A stretch of 64,000 bases of DNA from the sequence record NC_129898.1; one strand, written 5' to 3'. This document shows positions 29,216-40,155 of the stretch, piece by piece. Made by a program: the position numbers and the translations under genes. This DNA is from a phage. The notes beneath the pieces are model-generated. The model did not search any database, had not been told where the DNA came from, and worked only from the letters and a program-made list of their open reading frames with translations. How positions within the stretch are numbered: position 1 is the first letter of the stretch; each line of letters opens with the position of its first letter.

Positions 29216-30421
29216 ATGATTTTCATCTACGAACATTTCAAAACCCGTAAAGAAGCACGAGACCGCCGTGCAGAACTTGAGAAGAAAGGTTTCACATGCG
29301 CTATTGAGAAAGGTGACACAACCTGGACACTGGCAGTGGGTGCCCCAGAGGTGTTCGATCCTGACCGTGACAGCGTCTGCTACACCCGTGAGGATTTTGA
29401 AACCCGTGAAGAGGCCCGTTTATTTCGATATGGGTTGGAAGATAACGGTAAGTACGCCATGATCCTAGACTTAGGCGAAGGTTCCGTTAAACGTTGGGGC
29501 GTGGTATACCCACTGTGTGTTGTTCACGGTGTGGGGTTCACTGGGGTAGCAGTTAAGTCAGAAGAACCTTCGGTAGAAGTCAAAGACCCGGTGCTGGAGG
29601 TGGTGAGCAGTGTGTCTCAGCAACAGACTCGAAGCATCGAGCCTTTGGTAGTTATTTGCGGAGAACTCCTCCAGATCACCTGCAACGAAGGTATTTTTGA
29701 AATTCGCCGTAGCGAAAGTGAGGAAGTTTACCAGAAAGTCTTCGACCATATCTCTGTTCAGGAATATGATGAGGCAATTGGTGAAATCCTTATCTGGCTG
29801 GAACGCAAGAATGAGTTCACTACACTGACAGACAACCTGATTATGAAAGATGGTAAGCTCTACTACTACGGTGTAGAGATGCGATCTACCATTGCAAAGA
29901 AAATTGAGAAAGATTATGCAGATGGAACACTGGATGACCGCTATGTGAAATTCCTAGTTCGCCTGTTACGCAATCCGTCTGCAAAATCTGTAAACATGCT
30001 CTACGATTTTATGCAGGCAAACGACATTCAGATTGCAGAAGATGGTCGAATCATTTGCTACAAAGGGGTTCAGTTTAACGGCGACAAGTGGGTGGATTGG
30101 CACAGTGGTAAAGTCCCACAATACCAGGGTGCTTTTGTATCCATGCCTCGTAACTTTGTAGAGGATGATCCGGAAGCTGCATGCTCTTATGGTCTGCACT
30201 GTGCCAGCAAAGAGTGTGCAAAGAGCTACGGCACTGTGATGACGGTTATGGTTGACCCTGCTGATGTAGTCAGTGTACCTTACCAACACAACAGCGCTAA
30301 GTGCCGTGCATGCCGCTACGAAATCGTAGTAGCTCCAGAATCGCGCAAAGATGGAGACCCAATCGAGTACGTGGTTGACCGCGACGGCAACACTATCGAC
30401 ATTATCTACGAGGAGGCGTAA
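29216..30421 (+). CDS. hypothetical protein, possibly rIIB-like partner
   Basis: 401 aa; C-terminal region SYGLHCASKE...VMVDPADVVSVP...CRACRYEIV resembles what I recall of the rIIB C-terminus; recall-based. Confidence 0.4.
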   Translation: MIFIYEHFKTRKEARDRRAELEKKGFTCAIEKGDTTWTLAVGAPEVFDPDRDSVCYTREDFETREEARLFRYGLEDNGKYAMILDLGEGSVKRWGVVYPLCVVHGVGFTGVAVKSEEPSVEVKDPVLEVVSSVSQQQTRSIEPLVVICGELLQITCNEGIFEIRRSESEEVYQKVFDHISVQEYDEAIGEILIWLERKNEFTTLTDNLIMKDGKLYYYGVEMRSTIAKKIEKDYADGTLDDRYVKFLVRLLRNPSAKSVNMLYDFMQANDIQIAEDGRIICYKGVQFNGDKWVDWHSGKVPQYQGAFVSMPRNFVEDDPEAACSYGLHCASKECAKSYGTVMTVMVDPADVVSVPYQHNSAKCRACRYEIVVAPESRKDGDPIEYVVDRDGNTIDIIYEEA

Positions 30422-31791
30422 TGGAAAAAGGGCAGTACGATGTAGGCACAGATGCTGCCCTTGTTGCAATCATGAGTGGTGAGAATGTCTTCGTAAGTGG
30501 ACCGGGTGGAACCGGGAAGACATATCTTATCAACATGATCCAGTCTATGTATGGAGACTCTTGTATAACGGTTGCCCCGACAGGGGTAGCCGCTTTAAAC
30601 GTTAATGGAGCAACAGCACACCGAACTTTCGATCTTGCCGCAGGTGTGAGCATGGAGTCAGACTGGACAGCAATAAGGGCAAAAACAGCAAAGCCTCTGA
30701 AAAGCAAGGCATTTACCATCCTAATTATCGATGAAATCTCTATGATCCGTGCTGACAAGTTCATAGAGATGGACAGAAAACTCCGCTTTCTTCGGAAAAA
30801 TGACAAACCTTTCGGAGGCATTCAGGTGTTATTGTTTGGAGATTTCTACCAAGCGCCTCCAGTTGTCTCTTCCATGGAGAAAGAAGCCTACTTCAACTTC
30901 TACCACACAGATCTGTGTTGCTATACAGAATCTTGGGAGGATCTTAATCTTCACAATATAGCCTTAGTAGACCAGTTCCGTCAGGAATCTGTTCGCTTCG
31001 CCACAATGTTGAACTGTGTTCGTGAAGGTCGTCGCATAAAAGAGGTTGTAGCAGAGCTTAACACTCGTTGCTATCATGGCGGTGTCCCAACAGATGCCTT
31101 GACCATCTGTGCCACCAATAAGCAAGCAGAGGAGGTGAACAGACGTTTCTATGATGCCATCAAGGCCCCAGAGAAGACCTACATTGGTAAAATGAAGGGT
31201 AAGTTCCCTTCCACACTGCCTGTGGAGCAGGAAATGAGGCTGAAGATAGGGATGAAGGTTATGATAACCTCAAACGATGTTGACCCTACTCACAAAGTTC
31301 CGTATTATGTCAACGGGACACGTGCCACAGTGGTAAAATTCAAGACCAAATCCGTGGTAGTTGAGCTAGAAGATGGGGCACAGGTTGAAATTGAGCCGAG
31401 ATTGTGGGAGAATAACGAGTACAAACCTTCCCAGAGGTACAATATTGCCGAAAGGAAGATGGAGAAGTTCATAGAGAGGGTTGTGATCGGGTCTTATGAG
31501 CAACTCCCTTTGAAATCGTGGTACGCAGTAACATCGCATAAAAGTCAAGGACTTACACTAGATTGTTACAACCTGGACCTCGGAAAGAACGGAGCTTTCT
31601 CTCCCGGAATGACGTATGTTGCCTTGAGTCGGGTTAAGACGATACAAGGAATAAACTTGTTGCGTCCATTAAGAGAGGTGGATATTATTGTTGACCCGCG
31701 AGTCGTAGAGTTTTATAATACAACTTTCCCTGGCTTAGACGAGAAAGTCAGGAAAGATTTTGAAACTAGAGTAGAAAAGGGGGACGTATGA
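30421..31791 (+). CDS. Dda/PIF1/RecD-like superfamily 1 DNA helicase
   Basis: Walker A GPGGTGKT, Walker B LIIDEISM, motif LLFGDFYQAPPV and C-terminal SHKSQGLTLD. Confidence 0.8.
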   Translation: MEKGQYDVGTDAALVAIMSGENVFVSGPGGTGKTYLINMIQSMYGDSCITVAPTGVAALNVNGATAHRTFDLAAGVSMESDWTAIRAKTAKPLKSKAFTILIIDEISMIRADKFIEMDRKLRFLRKNDKPFGGIQVLLFGDFYQAPPVVSSMEKEAYFNFYHTDLCCYTESWEDLNLHNIALVDQFRQESVRFATMLNCVREGRRIKEVVAELNTRCYHGGVPTDALTICATNKQAEEVNRRFYDAIKAPEKTYIGKMKGKFPSTLPVEQEMRLKIGMKVMITSNDVDPTHKVPYYVNGTRATVVKFKTKSVVVELEDGAQVEIEPRLWENNEYKPSQRYNIAERKMEKFIERVVIGSYEQLPLKSWYAVTSHKSQGLTLDCYNLDLGKNGAFSPGMTYVALSRVKTIQGINLLRPLREVDIIVDPRVVEFYNTTFPGLDEKVRKDFETRVEKGDV

Positions 31792-32126
31792 GTTTGTGGA
31801 GAAATATAGTTAACTACGTGTGTGGCAATCCAAATCCTGAAGAGAAGGCTGTTGTGATTCACGATTTTACTAAAAGATCTCGTGAAAAAGACCTCCTGCT
31901 AACAAAGGTGATCGATAAAGACCCTGTAGGGGACTGGGCAGGGTTTGCGTTTACATCTGACAAATACACCTTTAACAAAGGTGACTACCTTGTTGTGGAT
32001 TTTAACGAAGACATCGAGGGTGCTGAACCTTACTATCAGACCCTTATCGTTGCGGAGTGTGTTGAGCTATCTGCAAACATGCACAGTTTGATTCTTTTTG
32101 AGCTTGACTCTGAAGACCTTCAGTAG
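31788..32126 (+). CDS. hypothetical protein
   Basis: 112-aa ORF coupled to the helicase gene. Confidence 0.5.
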   Translation: MSLWRNIVNYVCGNPNPEEKAVVIHDFTKRSREKDLLLTKVIDKDPVGDWAGFAFTSDKYTFNKGDYLVVDFNEDIEGAEPYYQTLIVAECVELSANMHSLILFELDSEDLQ

Positions 32127-32149
32127 TTAGTAAGACGTGAGTATAAAGG

Positions 32150-32167
32150 GGAGGAACTCCTCCCCAC
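32150..32167 (+). promoter_or_regulatory. intergenic hairpin (ggggagg-aact-cctcccc) upstream of the methyltransferase gene
   Basis: Perfect 7-bp stem with no T-tract; function unknown. Confidence 0.35.
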
Positions 32168-32190
32168 AAAACTGGGGAGAGCACCAAACG

Positions 32191-33531
32191 ATGAGCAAAA
32201 CCAAATTAGAGCTTACCTGGACAGGCAAAAACGAGCGAAAAAAGTTAGATCCGTGCATTTTGTTAGAAGATACGAGCAAGTCTTATCACGCCAGTCAAAA
32301 GGTTACCGAAAACGATATTTTTGATAATAAACTGATTTTTGGCGATAACTTACTGGCATTGAAGGCACTAGAGCAAGAGTATGCAGGCAAAGTGAAGTGT
32401 GTTTACATAGACCCACCATTCAATACCGGAAGGGATTTTGAGCACTACGATGATAGCCTGGAGCACTCCATTTGGCTGGGCTTAATGCGGGACAGGTTAG
32501 AAATAATTCGTAATCTGCTAAGCGATGATGGAGTAATATTCGTTCACCTAGATGACTGCGAAATGGCTTATTTAAAAGTTTTGATGGACGAGATTTTTGG
32601 TCGTGCAAATCAGTTAAATACCATATCGATGACCACGAACTGTCCTTCGGGCTTTAAGGCAACAGGAACTACAGTTTTCTCCACAGCAAACTTTTTGCTT
32701 GTATATGCAAAAGATCGTACCAAGAAGCCGCTTAACAAAATCTATATACCTAAAGGATATGATACGGGATATAACAAATATCTATTAAACCCGGATGACC
32801 ATTATAAAAGTTGGACGTGGTGCGGTATTGCCGATGCGTTTGCAAAGGCCAATGGCTATAAAGATACAAAAGAGGCCAAGAAAAAACTGCCTGATACATT
32901 TGATGATGAATTAGCACAATTTGCAATTGATAATGCAGAACGTGTATTTCAATCCGTTGCAATTGGCGGCGGTGCTAAGATAAAGAGAAAAGAAACTATC
33001 GAGAAGTCAAAGAAAGACAGGGATAAGGTTTATGTACATCCAAATGAGGATGTCGAAGGCTTTTATATCGTAAATGGTAGGCAAATGGTATTTTACTCTA
33101 ATAGGCTTTTGGAAATTGACGGTGAGATGCAGCCTGCTGAACTAATAACTGATGTTTGGACTGACATTAGTTGGAATGGAATAGCAAATGAAGGAGGCGT
33201 TAGTTTCAAAAATGGGAAAAAACCTGAAGCGCTTTTAAAGCGGATTTTCGAAATGTGTACGCGAGAAGGGGATTTAGTCTTGGATTCGTTCGGCGGTTCA
33301 GGAACTACTGCTGCTGTAGCTCACAAGATGAAAAGACGTTGGATCTCGGTCGAGCTAGGTGATCATTGTCATACCCATATCATCCCGCGCTTGCAAAAAG
33401 TGATCGATGGCGAAGATCAAAGTGGTATTTCTAAATCTGTAAACTGGCAAGGTGGCGGCGGCTTTCGCTATTACAAACTTACCCCGAACTTAGTTGTGAA
33501 AGATAGGTTTGACTCAGAAGAAGATTTATAG
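32191..33531 (+). CDS. beta-class N6-adenine or N4-cytosine DNA methyltransferase (N6_N4_Mtase family)
   Basis: Motif IV DPPF (VYIDPPFNTG) N-terminal and AdoMet motif I LDSFGGSGTT C-terminal; ATG 32191 chosen after RBS GGGGAGAG (track begins upstream at 32137). Confidence 0.75.
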   Translation: MSKTKLELTWTGKNERKKLDPCILLEDTSKSYHASQKVTENDIFDNKLIFGDNLLALKALEQEYAGKVKCVYIDPPFNTGRDFEHYDDSLEHSIWLGLMRDRLEIIRNLLSDDGVIFVHLDDCEMAYLKVLMDEIFGRANQLNTISMTTNCPSGFKATGTTVFSTANFLLVYAKDRTKKPLNKIYIPKGYDTGYNKYLLNPDDHYKSWTWCGIADAFAKANGYKDTKEAKKKLPDTFDDELAQFAIDNAERVFQSVAIGGGAKIKRKETIEKSKKDRDKVYVHPNEDVEGFYIVNGRQMVFYSNRLLEIDGEMQPAELITDVWTDISWNGIANEGGVSFKNGKKPEALLKRIFEMCTREGDLVLDSFGGSGTTAAVAHKMKRRWISVELGDHCHTHIIPRLQKVIDGEDQSGISKSVNWQGGGGFRYYKLTPNLVVKDRFDSEEDL

Positions 33532-33590
33532 TAATATTTAAAACATCGAAGGGGAGGTCTACTCTCAGCCCGAGATAAGGAGAACACCGA

Positions 33591-33896
33591 ATGATGAAGC
33601 GTTATAAACCCTACACTTTTGAAATCGATTTCGAACTTGACGATATGCTCACTGTAGAGGCTCAGGCAGTTGTCCAGCTGCCAGATCAGGAGTGCTGTGA
33701 TTCTGATGTTGATTATTATGGATTTAGACAAATTACTGATGTGCATGTTTACCACAACGGAGAAGAGGTGGATTTTCACCAGCTGCCAAACGATCTGCGC
33801 CACTCGATTTACAAACGTGCAGCACGTGAACTAGAGTCCTATTTGGATGCAGCAACAACAGCAGCAGCATTTGCTGAAGAAGTAGGAGGCTTCTAA
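33591..33896 (+). CDS. hypothetical protein
   Basis: 101-aa ORF after RBS AAGGAGA. Confidence 0.5.
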   Translation: MMKRYKPYTFEIDFELDDMLTVEAQAVVQLPDQECCDSDVDYYGFRQITDVHVYHNGEEVDFHQLPNDLRHSIYKRAARELESYLDAATTAAAFAEEVGGF

Positions 33897-34294
33897 TGAT
33901 TACAGATGTGAAGATTATTCAATACCACTTAACCAAATTGGAAGATGCTGAAAAAGAGCTTGCAGAAGTTCTGAATAGTGGGTATACTTTACTTACATGC
34001 TCCTGTTCAGACACATACATTGTGTGGACACTTGCTAAGAAGGAAGAACCAGCAGGAATCTTGGTGCCAAACCCTAAGATTATTAGTGAGGTGGACGACT
34101 ACTCTCAGGATGGCCTGCCAGAAGGCTGGGAAGCATGGGAAGGTGGTGAAAACCCTGCACCAGGTAAGTGGGTAAAATACAAGCTGCGGAGTGGTACACA
34201 ACATGCTTACTACTCTGATGATCTGGACTGGGGTCACTCTTCACCAGATTCGTTTGAAAGTCAATATGATATCGTTGCTTATCAGGAAGAATAA
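33896..34294 (+). CDS. hypothetical protein
   Basis: 132-aa ORF with ATGA overlap. Confidence 0.5.
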   Translation: MITDVKIIQYHLTKLEDAEKELAEVLNSGYTLLTCSCSDTYIVWTLAKKEEPAGILVPNPKIISEVDDYSQDGLPEGWEAWEGGENPAPGKWVKYKLRSGTQHAYYSDDLDWGHSSPDSFESQYDIVAYQEE

Positions 34295-34306
34295 GGAGAT
34301 AGTGTT

Positions 34307-34789
34307 ATGTCAGATTTCATGTGGAAGGTAGGCTATGCTTCTCCTGAAATGTGCGAGGCCTGCTTTGTGAAAATAGGTCGAGAGGATATCGATAAAGTGA
34401 TCCTTAAGTTTCGTGATGTGGCTGTAATCGGCAACCGAGTGCTTAAGCACTTAAAGAATCTGAAGCTCACCAAAAAGAAGTTCTTTGGGCTTTTCGAAGA
34501 GAAAGTTGATGCTTGGACCCATTGCATTCAGGAAGCTAAATCTCACTACAGTGCTATCGTTACCCCAGAACGGGTAGCTAAGATGGAAGGATTCATCAAC
34601 AGCACAGAGTTTGAGTGCCTAAAGGCTGCCCTTGATAGCTATCCAAAGTGCCTCAAACACCTTGACAAGTATGTGGAAAAAGATGGGGAAATGTATCTCA
34701 CCCTGGATGCATACTATGAGATGCAAGAAATTTTAAATTTAGATTTGACATTGGTATCCACCGAGTATACAATAGGTATCCGGGTTTAA
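34307..34789 (+). CDS. hypothetical protein
   Basis: 160-aa ORF after RBS AAGGAGA. Confidence 0.5.
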   Translation: MSDFMWKVGYASPEMCEACFVKIGREDIDKVILKFRDVAVIGNRVLKHLKNLKLTKKKFFGLFEEKVDAWTHCIQEAKSHYSAIVTPERVAKMEGFINSTEFECLKAALDSYPKCLKHLDKYVEKDGEMYLTLDAYYEMQEILNLDLTLVSTEYTIGIRV

Positions 34790-34793
34790 CACT

Positions 34794-34823
34794 AGGCCCT
34801 GCCCGAAAGGGTGGGGCTTTTTG
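34794..34823 (+). terminator. rho-independent terminator
   Basis: Hairpin gccctgccc-gaaa-gggtggggc plus T-tract; near-identical copy at 45915. Confidence 0.65.
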
Positions 34824-34840
34824 CATTAGGAGACAGCAAA

Positions 34841-35605
34841 TTGAAATTTATCTACAAAGAACACTACCACAAAGGTGTTGTGTGGAGTCTATTTGACGGG
34901 TCTGGTGGTGCAGTTATTGACTGGGCAAAAGCTGGATATCTGTGCCTGTGCTTTAACGCAGAAGGCGCTGACCATGGCAGTTATGCAGAGGTGATAACCG
35001 ATCATCCAAACATTCACTACGTGGATTATTGGATTGACCCGTGGTTTCCTCAAGAAACTTTTTGCATGTACCCAGCTCCAGACTTTATTCTTGCATTTCC
35101 TCCGTGCACGCATTTAGCAGTATCAGGTGCTGCACATTTTAAGAAAAAGCTGGCTAAGGATCCTCTGATTCAAATTAATGCTGTAAAAGATGCTCGGGTT
35201 GCAGAAGAGTTAGGAGAGATTTACGATTGCCCGTGGCATGTGGAGAATCCTGTGGGAGTTATGTCCACACTGTGGCGAAAACCTGATTACCGTTTTCATC
35301 CTTCAGATTATGGCGGGTATTTACCGGAGGATGATGTAAACCCGTGGTTTCCTGAATTTATAGCTCCACGTGATGCCTACCCAAAAATAACTTGCGGTTG
35401 GATAGGCAATGGATTTATAATCCCAGCCACAAAACCTGTTCCGCAAATAGTAGATGCGGTTAGTGGTTATTCTATGCAACACGCTAAGCTAGGTGGAAAG
35501 AGTGCAAGGACGAAGATGATTCGAAGCCTTACACCACGTGGCTGGGCTAAAGCTGTATTCTTAGCAAACGAGCCTGCAGTAAGGAGCAGAATTAATGGGC
35601 AGTAA
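34841..35605 (+). CDS. compact cytosine-5 DNA methyltransferase-like protein
   Basis: Motif I SLFDGSGG, motif IV-like FPPCTHLAVSGA, motif VI HVENPVG; TTG 34841 chosen after RBS AGGAGA (track starts at GTG 34811 inside the terminator); no obvious target-recognition domain. Confidence 0.55.
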   Translation: MKFIYKEHYHKGVVWSLFDGSGGAVIDWAKAGYLCLCFNAEGADHGSYAEVITDHPNIHYVDYWIDPWFPQETFCMYPAPDFILAFPPCTHLAVSGAAHFKKKLAKDPLIQINAVKDARVAEELGEIYDCPWHVENPVGVMSTLWRKPDYRFHPSDYGGYLPEDDVNPWFPEFIAPRDAYPKITCGWIGNGFIIPATKPVPQIVDAVSGYSMQHAKLGGKSARTKMIRSLTPRGWAKAVFLANEPAVRSRINGQ

Positions 35606-37673
35606 ATTCATGGCATCTGCATACAACCGTTTCGGTGAGCCAAACCCGAAAGCAACCAAATATAAAAGTGGGGGGAGTGTGAAACGAGACTATCGTGATG
35701 AAAAAGAGGTCGAAACTGTAGAGACTGTTTTAGAAAATACTAAAATTGTCCCTGTCCCACAACAAAATATCGGACTAATGGCTGCACAATACTTTGGTGT
35801 GCGATCAGCATTGTCTCAAGAAGATGGGGTAACGGTCACTGCAACATATTTCCCATATTACGACCGCTACGGTAATCTATCTGGCTTTAAAAAGCGCGAC
35901 TGGACAATCCCTAAAGAGCAAAGAGGCCATTTCTCAGTTGTTGGCATAGTAAAGGCCAACTCTCAGATGTTTGGTCAAAAGCTGTGTGCATCCTCCAACA
36001 ACCGCAAGCAGATTAACGTTTGTGAGGGGGAAGGGGATGTTATTGCAGCATGGCAAGCTGCATATCAGATACAAGTGAAAGGTATTCTCACCAATGCTAA
36101 AGCCCCCGCGAAGGTGAAGCAGTGGGCTAAAGAAGTTCAGGATGGGATCGATGCAGTTATCAACGGCGGCGATCTGGCAGGAAAACCCTGCCTGCCTTTT
36201 GTTGGAATTAACTGCGGGTGTGCAAACGCCGTAGATACTTTTGCTAACAATGAGAAATTTATCCGTAGCTACGGAACAGTGGTCCTTGCAATGGACAACG
36301 ATGCAGCTAACGAGGTAGAGAAGCAAAAACACGTTATCAAAGGTGTTGAGGCCACACATAATATCGCAGCATTTTTGATGGCTGATAACGTTTACCACGT
36401 GGAATACCCAGGTGAGGTAAACGACCCTGATGGTGTAAAAGATATTCGTGACATGCTGAAGGCTAAAAAGCTGGAAGATATTGTCAACATGTTCCGTCAC
36501 CCAGTTAAATATGTGCCCGATGCTGTATCTGATTTAGAAGACTTCTCCATTGAGTCTCTTCGTAAGAAGACTTCCAATGGCGTGGATATCAGTGCGGAGT
36601 TCCCTAAATTGCAGAAGATGCTGAAAGGGCTCCACAAAGGCACCTTGATGATGCTGACAGGTCCATCTGGCGGTGGTAAAACAACTGTAGCCAAGAAGCT
36701 GGAACACTGCATCGCAAGATACTTGATGGATCCAACATGCCCTAAAGCTGATGATTATGAAGAGGATGATCGCCTGTGTCTGATTCACCTTGAAGAGGAT
36801 CCTGAGGAAGCAATCAACTCTCTGTACGCTAACCAGTTGGGGTTTGATGTTAAAGAGTTTGTTGAAGACCCTAGTCAGTTCCTGACCGACCAGGAGCACG
36901 CTGAGATTCATCAATCTTGGGCCAAGGCCGGAAAAATCAAAGTGTTCAAGCATTTCGGCTCCATCCCTGTGGATGAGCTGATCACTAAGCTTAAACAAAT
37001 GGTGTGCCTGTATCACTGCCGTTACATTGTGCTGGATCACTTGTCTATGGTGATTTCAGGGCTTAATGTTAAGGATGAGCGCAAAGAACTTGACATGGCT
37101 ATGACCCAACTAGCTGCGTTCTGTAAGCAGTTTAATGTGTTTATCCTGGTGATTGCTCACCTGAAACGTACAGAGATTGTACCTCCTAAGGATAAGGATG
37201 GGAATCCGTTGCCTTTCTGGTACCCTGTACGAAAAGAGAACCTTCGTGGTAGTGCCGGATTGGAGCAACTCAGCTGGGTAGTTGTTGGGGTAGAAGCAGA
37301 AGAGATGGTGGATCGTTCTCGTGGGCGTGTCCGTCTAGTAGGTCTTAAAAACCGTCCAGCAAAAACGTTAGGTATTGCGGACACTTTAGTTATGGATCCG
37401 CACACAGGCAAGTTCCACGATGCCAGCAATTGGTACTGGGATAAAGAAATGCAAATGTTTACAGACGGAGAAGGTGGGGAGGTTGTTTGGAGACCTCAGG
37501 CTATGTTTGAGGATCAGGATCATGCAGTTGTGGAAACACCTATGGGCAAGGTTGTGGCTGATAAGGTTGTAACTCCTACTGTTACCCCAGTTGACACACA
37601 GGAAGACCTTCAGTATGATGATCCGTCCTCTAACCACGTTCCTGGTTTTGAAGACGACGAAACACCTTTTTAA
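35595..37673 (+). CDS. bifunctional primase-helicase (Toprim primase plus DnaB-like helicase, T7 gp4-like)
   Basis: Toprim acidic motif VVLAMDNDAANE, Walker A MLTGPSGGGKTT, Walker B-like YIVLDHLSMV. Confidence 0.75.
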   Translation: MGSKFMASAYNRFGEPNPKATKYKSGGSVKRDYRDEKEVETVETVLENTKIVPVPQQNIGLMAAQYFGVRSALSQEDGVTVTATYFPYYDRYGNLSGFKKRDWTIPKEQRGHFSVVGIVKANSQMFGQKLCASSNNRKQINVCEGEGDVIAAWQAAYQIQVKGILTNAKAPAKVKQWAKEVQDGIDAVINGGDLAGKPCLPFVGINCGCANAVDTFANNEKFIRSYGTVVLAMDNDAANEVEKQKHVIKGVEATHNIAAFLMADNVYHVEYPGEVNDPDGVKDIRDMLKAKKLEDIVNMFRHPVKYVPDAVSDLEDFSIESLRKKTSNGVDISAEFPKLQKMLKGLHKGTLMMLTGPSGGGKTTVAKKLEHCIARYLMDPTCPKADDYEEDDRLCLIHLEEDPEEAINSLYANQLGFDVKEFVEDPSQFLTDQEHAEIHQSWAKAGKIKVFKHFGSIPVDELITKLKQMVCLYHCRYIVLDHLSMVISGLNVKDERKELDMAMTQLAAFCKQFNVFILVIAHLKRTEIVPPKDKDGNPLPFWYPVRKENLRGSAGLEQLSWVVVGVEAEEMVDRSRGRVRLVGLKNRPAKTLGIADTLVMDPHTGKFHDASNWYWDKEMQMFTDGEGGEVVWRPQAMFEDQDHAVVETPMGKVVADKVVTPTVTPVDTQEDLQYDDPSSNHVPGFEDDETPF

Positions 37674-37731
37674 TGTTTAACCAAGAGTGGGAGGGGTAGT
37701 ACAACCGCCTCCCCTTTAAGGAGAACTGTAT

Positions 37732-40155
37732 ATGAGTATGTGGTCTTTCGATCTGGAGGCCTCTGGCTTGCTGGAAGATCCAGATCTTTATTATCACTGC
37801 GGTTTGTTTAAAGAGCTGAATAAGAACCGTTTTATGCTGTTCCTTCCTCTAAATGACCGCACACACTACTCGGAAGAGGATGTAGAGAAGGCTAAGAACT
37901 TTATTCTGGCAAAGAGAACTCTTTATAAAGATTTTGAGGTTCGCATAGCAGATTTTTCAGAGTTGGAAGGTTGGCTTACAGGCAACTCAGACTGGTCACC
38001 TACGGCTTTGAACTGTCATAACTGCTACAGCTATGACTTTATGCTGATGGAAAGATTATCCGGTGTTCATTTTGATATGTTCCGTGATCCTAAATGTATG
38101 GGGACTATTAACGACCACCAGGTTAATCTGTTTGATACGTTGGCGATGAGTCGAATCTTGTGGCCTGACCGCCCTTTGCCAAAAGGTTGTCCGGACGCAG
38201 TATTCAATCCAGTTACCAAGAAAATGCAGCCTGTTGGGCCTCATGGCCTTATGGCATGGGGCTATGCCCTTGGTAACCAGAAAGTTCAAATCGATGACTG
38301 GCGTGAGCTTCCGCTGTGGAAGTATGTGGATCGTGTGTTCGAGGACGTTATCATCCAGGAGTTGCTCTGGAAAGAGTTGGTAGCGGAATCAAAAGGTGTA
38401 TTCTACGGCAAATCTGACATGCAGAACTTTATGTATGACCCTGCCAAAGAGAAGCCTAAAGGATTCAAGAAGATTACCTGGAAGAATGCATTACGCCGAG
38501 GCATGCTGCAGCATTTCCTGATGGAGCTGCAGGCTCGACAGGGTGTGTATTTCGACATAGATGGGGCTATTGCTTTACGTGACCGCTGCGATGCGTGGAT
38601 GAAAGAGATCGCTGATCGTGTTGAACCACAACTTCCTTTAAAAGAGTTATCAATGTCTCAGCGGCCTAAGTTCCCTGAAAAGCCGTTTAACCAGGATGGG
38701 ACAATCTCCAATAATGGTTGGAAATGGTTAAAAGACAAGCTTGGCTATCCTGTGGATATGAGCGCTTTAGAGTTCAAAGCTCCTCCTAAGCGAGCATTTA
38801 CCTCCACAGGGGATGTCAGTAAAATGGGGATAAAATGGTGTGAAGAGATGGGCTGTAAAGACCCAGATAAGATGGCTGATTTCTTGAGAGGGTATATCAA
38901 AGGAACTTCTACACCACACCCTTTACCTAAAGAGCTAATGGATCAGGCAATAAGTGACCTACAGCAGAAGCGAATGCCTGACTGCAAGATACCTATGAAA
39001 ATCAGCAATCAGGACGACATCAAGCGATACCTGATCAGTGCTGGTTGGCTCCCAACAATGTGGAGAACTAAGGATGTAACTAAAGACAGCAAGAAGAAAG
39101 CTCTGCCTGATGCTGATGTTGATGCACGAGTATATGCATATATGGACGAGCTTTTAGAGTCAGAGTATTGTGACCTAATTATCAACTTCTGGAACAAAAC
39201 TGATGCTAAGTTTCAGACAACCGTGCACAAGTTCCGAAGCTTCCCTAACTCAGAAAGGATTAAAAAGGAAGTGTTTGGGAAGATACGTAGAAAAGCCAGA
39301 GCGCTTATTACTTCTCCGCAACTGAAAGATACGTTTGGACACCTATGTCCGAATCTTGAAAAGTTGAACGGAGAGATGGCTAAAGATATCGTCTTGTGGT
39401 TATCCTTGCGAAACCGTAGATCGGTCCTTGATCCAATCAAGGAGGATAAGGTTGATACTGGTCTTCTTAATCATCCACGTTTGAAGATTGACCATAAGCT
39501 TCCTGCTAAAAGTTCTGGATTAACAAACACTTCCAGACAGAAACACAGCATTTGTGCAAACATGCCTAAACCATCTCCTAAAGTGGTTATGGGTAAAGAG
39601 ATGCGTAGTCTGTGGGGTGTTCCTCCAGGATACTTTGAGATCGGTATTGACGGGTCCAACTTAGAGCAGCTTATCGGGGCTTGGGGTGCCTTTGAGTTCG
39701 ACAACGGCCTGTACTATGATGTTGTAAGTAACGGGGACGCGCACCAAAACAATGCTGAGGCATATACAAAGGTAGCAGGTAGGGAGGTGTCTCGTAACGA
39801 TGGTAAACCTATCACGTATGGGGTTATGTATGGGGCACAAAAAGATAAAGTTGCAGATATGCTGGATATCTCTCCAGAGCTGGGGCAGAGAGTAATCGAT
39901 GCTCTCTGGGATGCCAACCCAGGCCTTAAGGGGCGTAAAGAGGATCTGGAGAAATTCTGGGAAGCAACAGGTAAGAAATTTATCTACTCTTTTGACGGTC
40001 ATGCCATTTGGACCCGCTCTAAACACTCTTTGCTTAATGCATATCAGCAAAATGGCGGTGCATCGTTGTGCGACTTGGTCGGAATCCTCATGCACCACCA
40101 AATGGTGAAGCGTGGATGGTATGATGAGGGTGTTCGTCGTATTATTTATTACCAT
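37732..40155 (+). CDS. family A DNA polymerase, exon 1 (3'-5' exonuclease and most of polymerase domain)
   Basis: Exo I motif FDLEASGL; motif A-like IGIDGSNLEQL; motif B RNDGKPITYGVMYG; frame as annotated stops 1 codon after the proposed splice site, before motif C. Confidence 0.8.
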
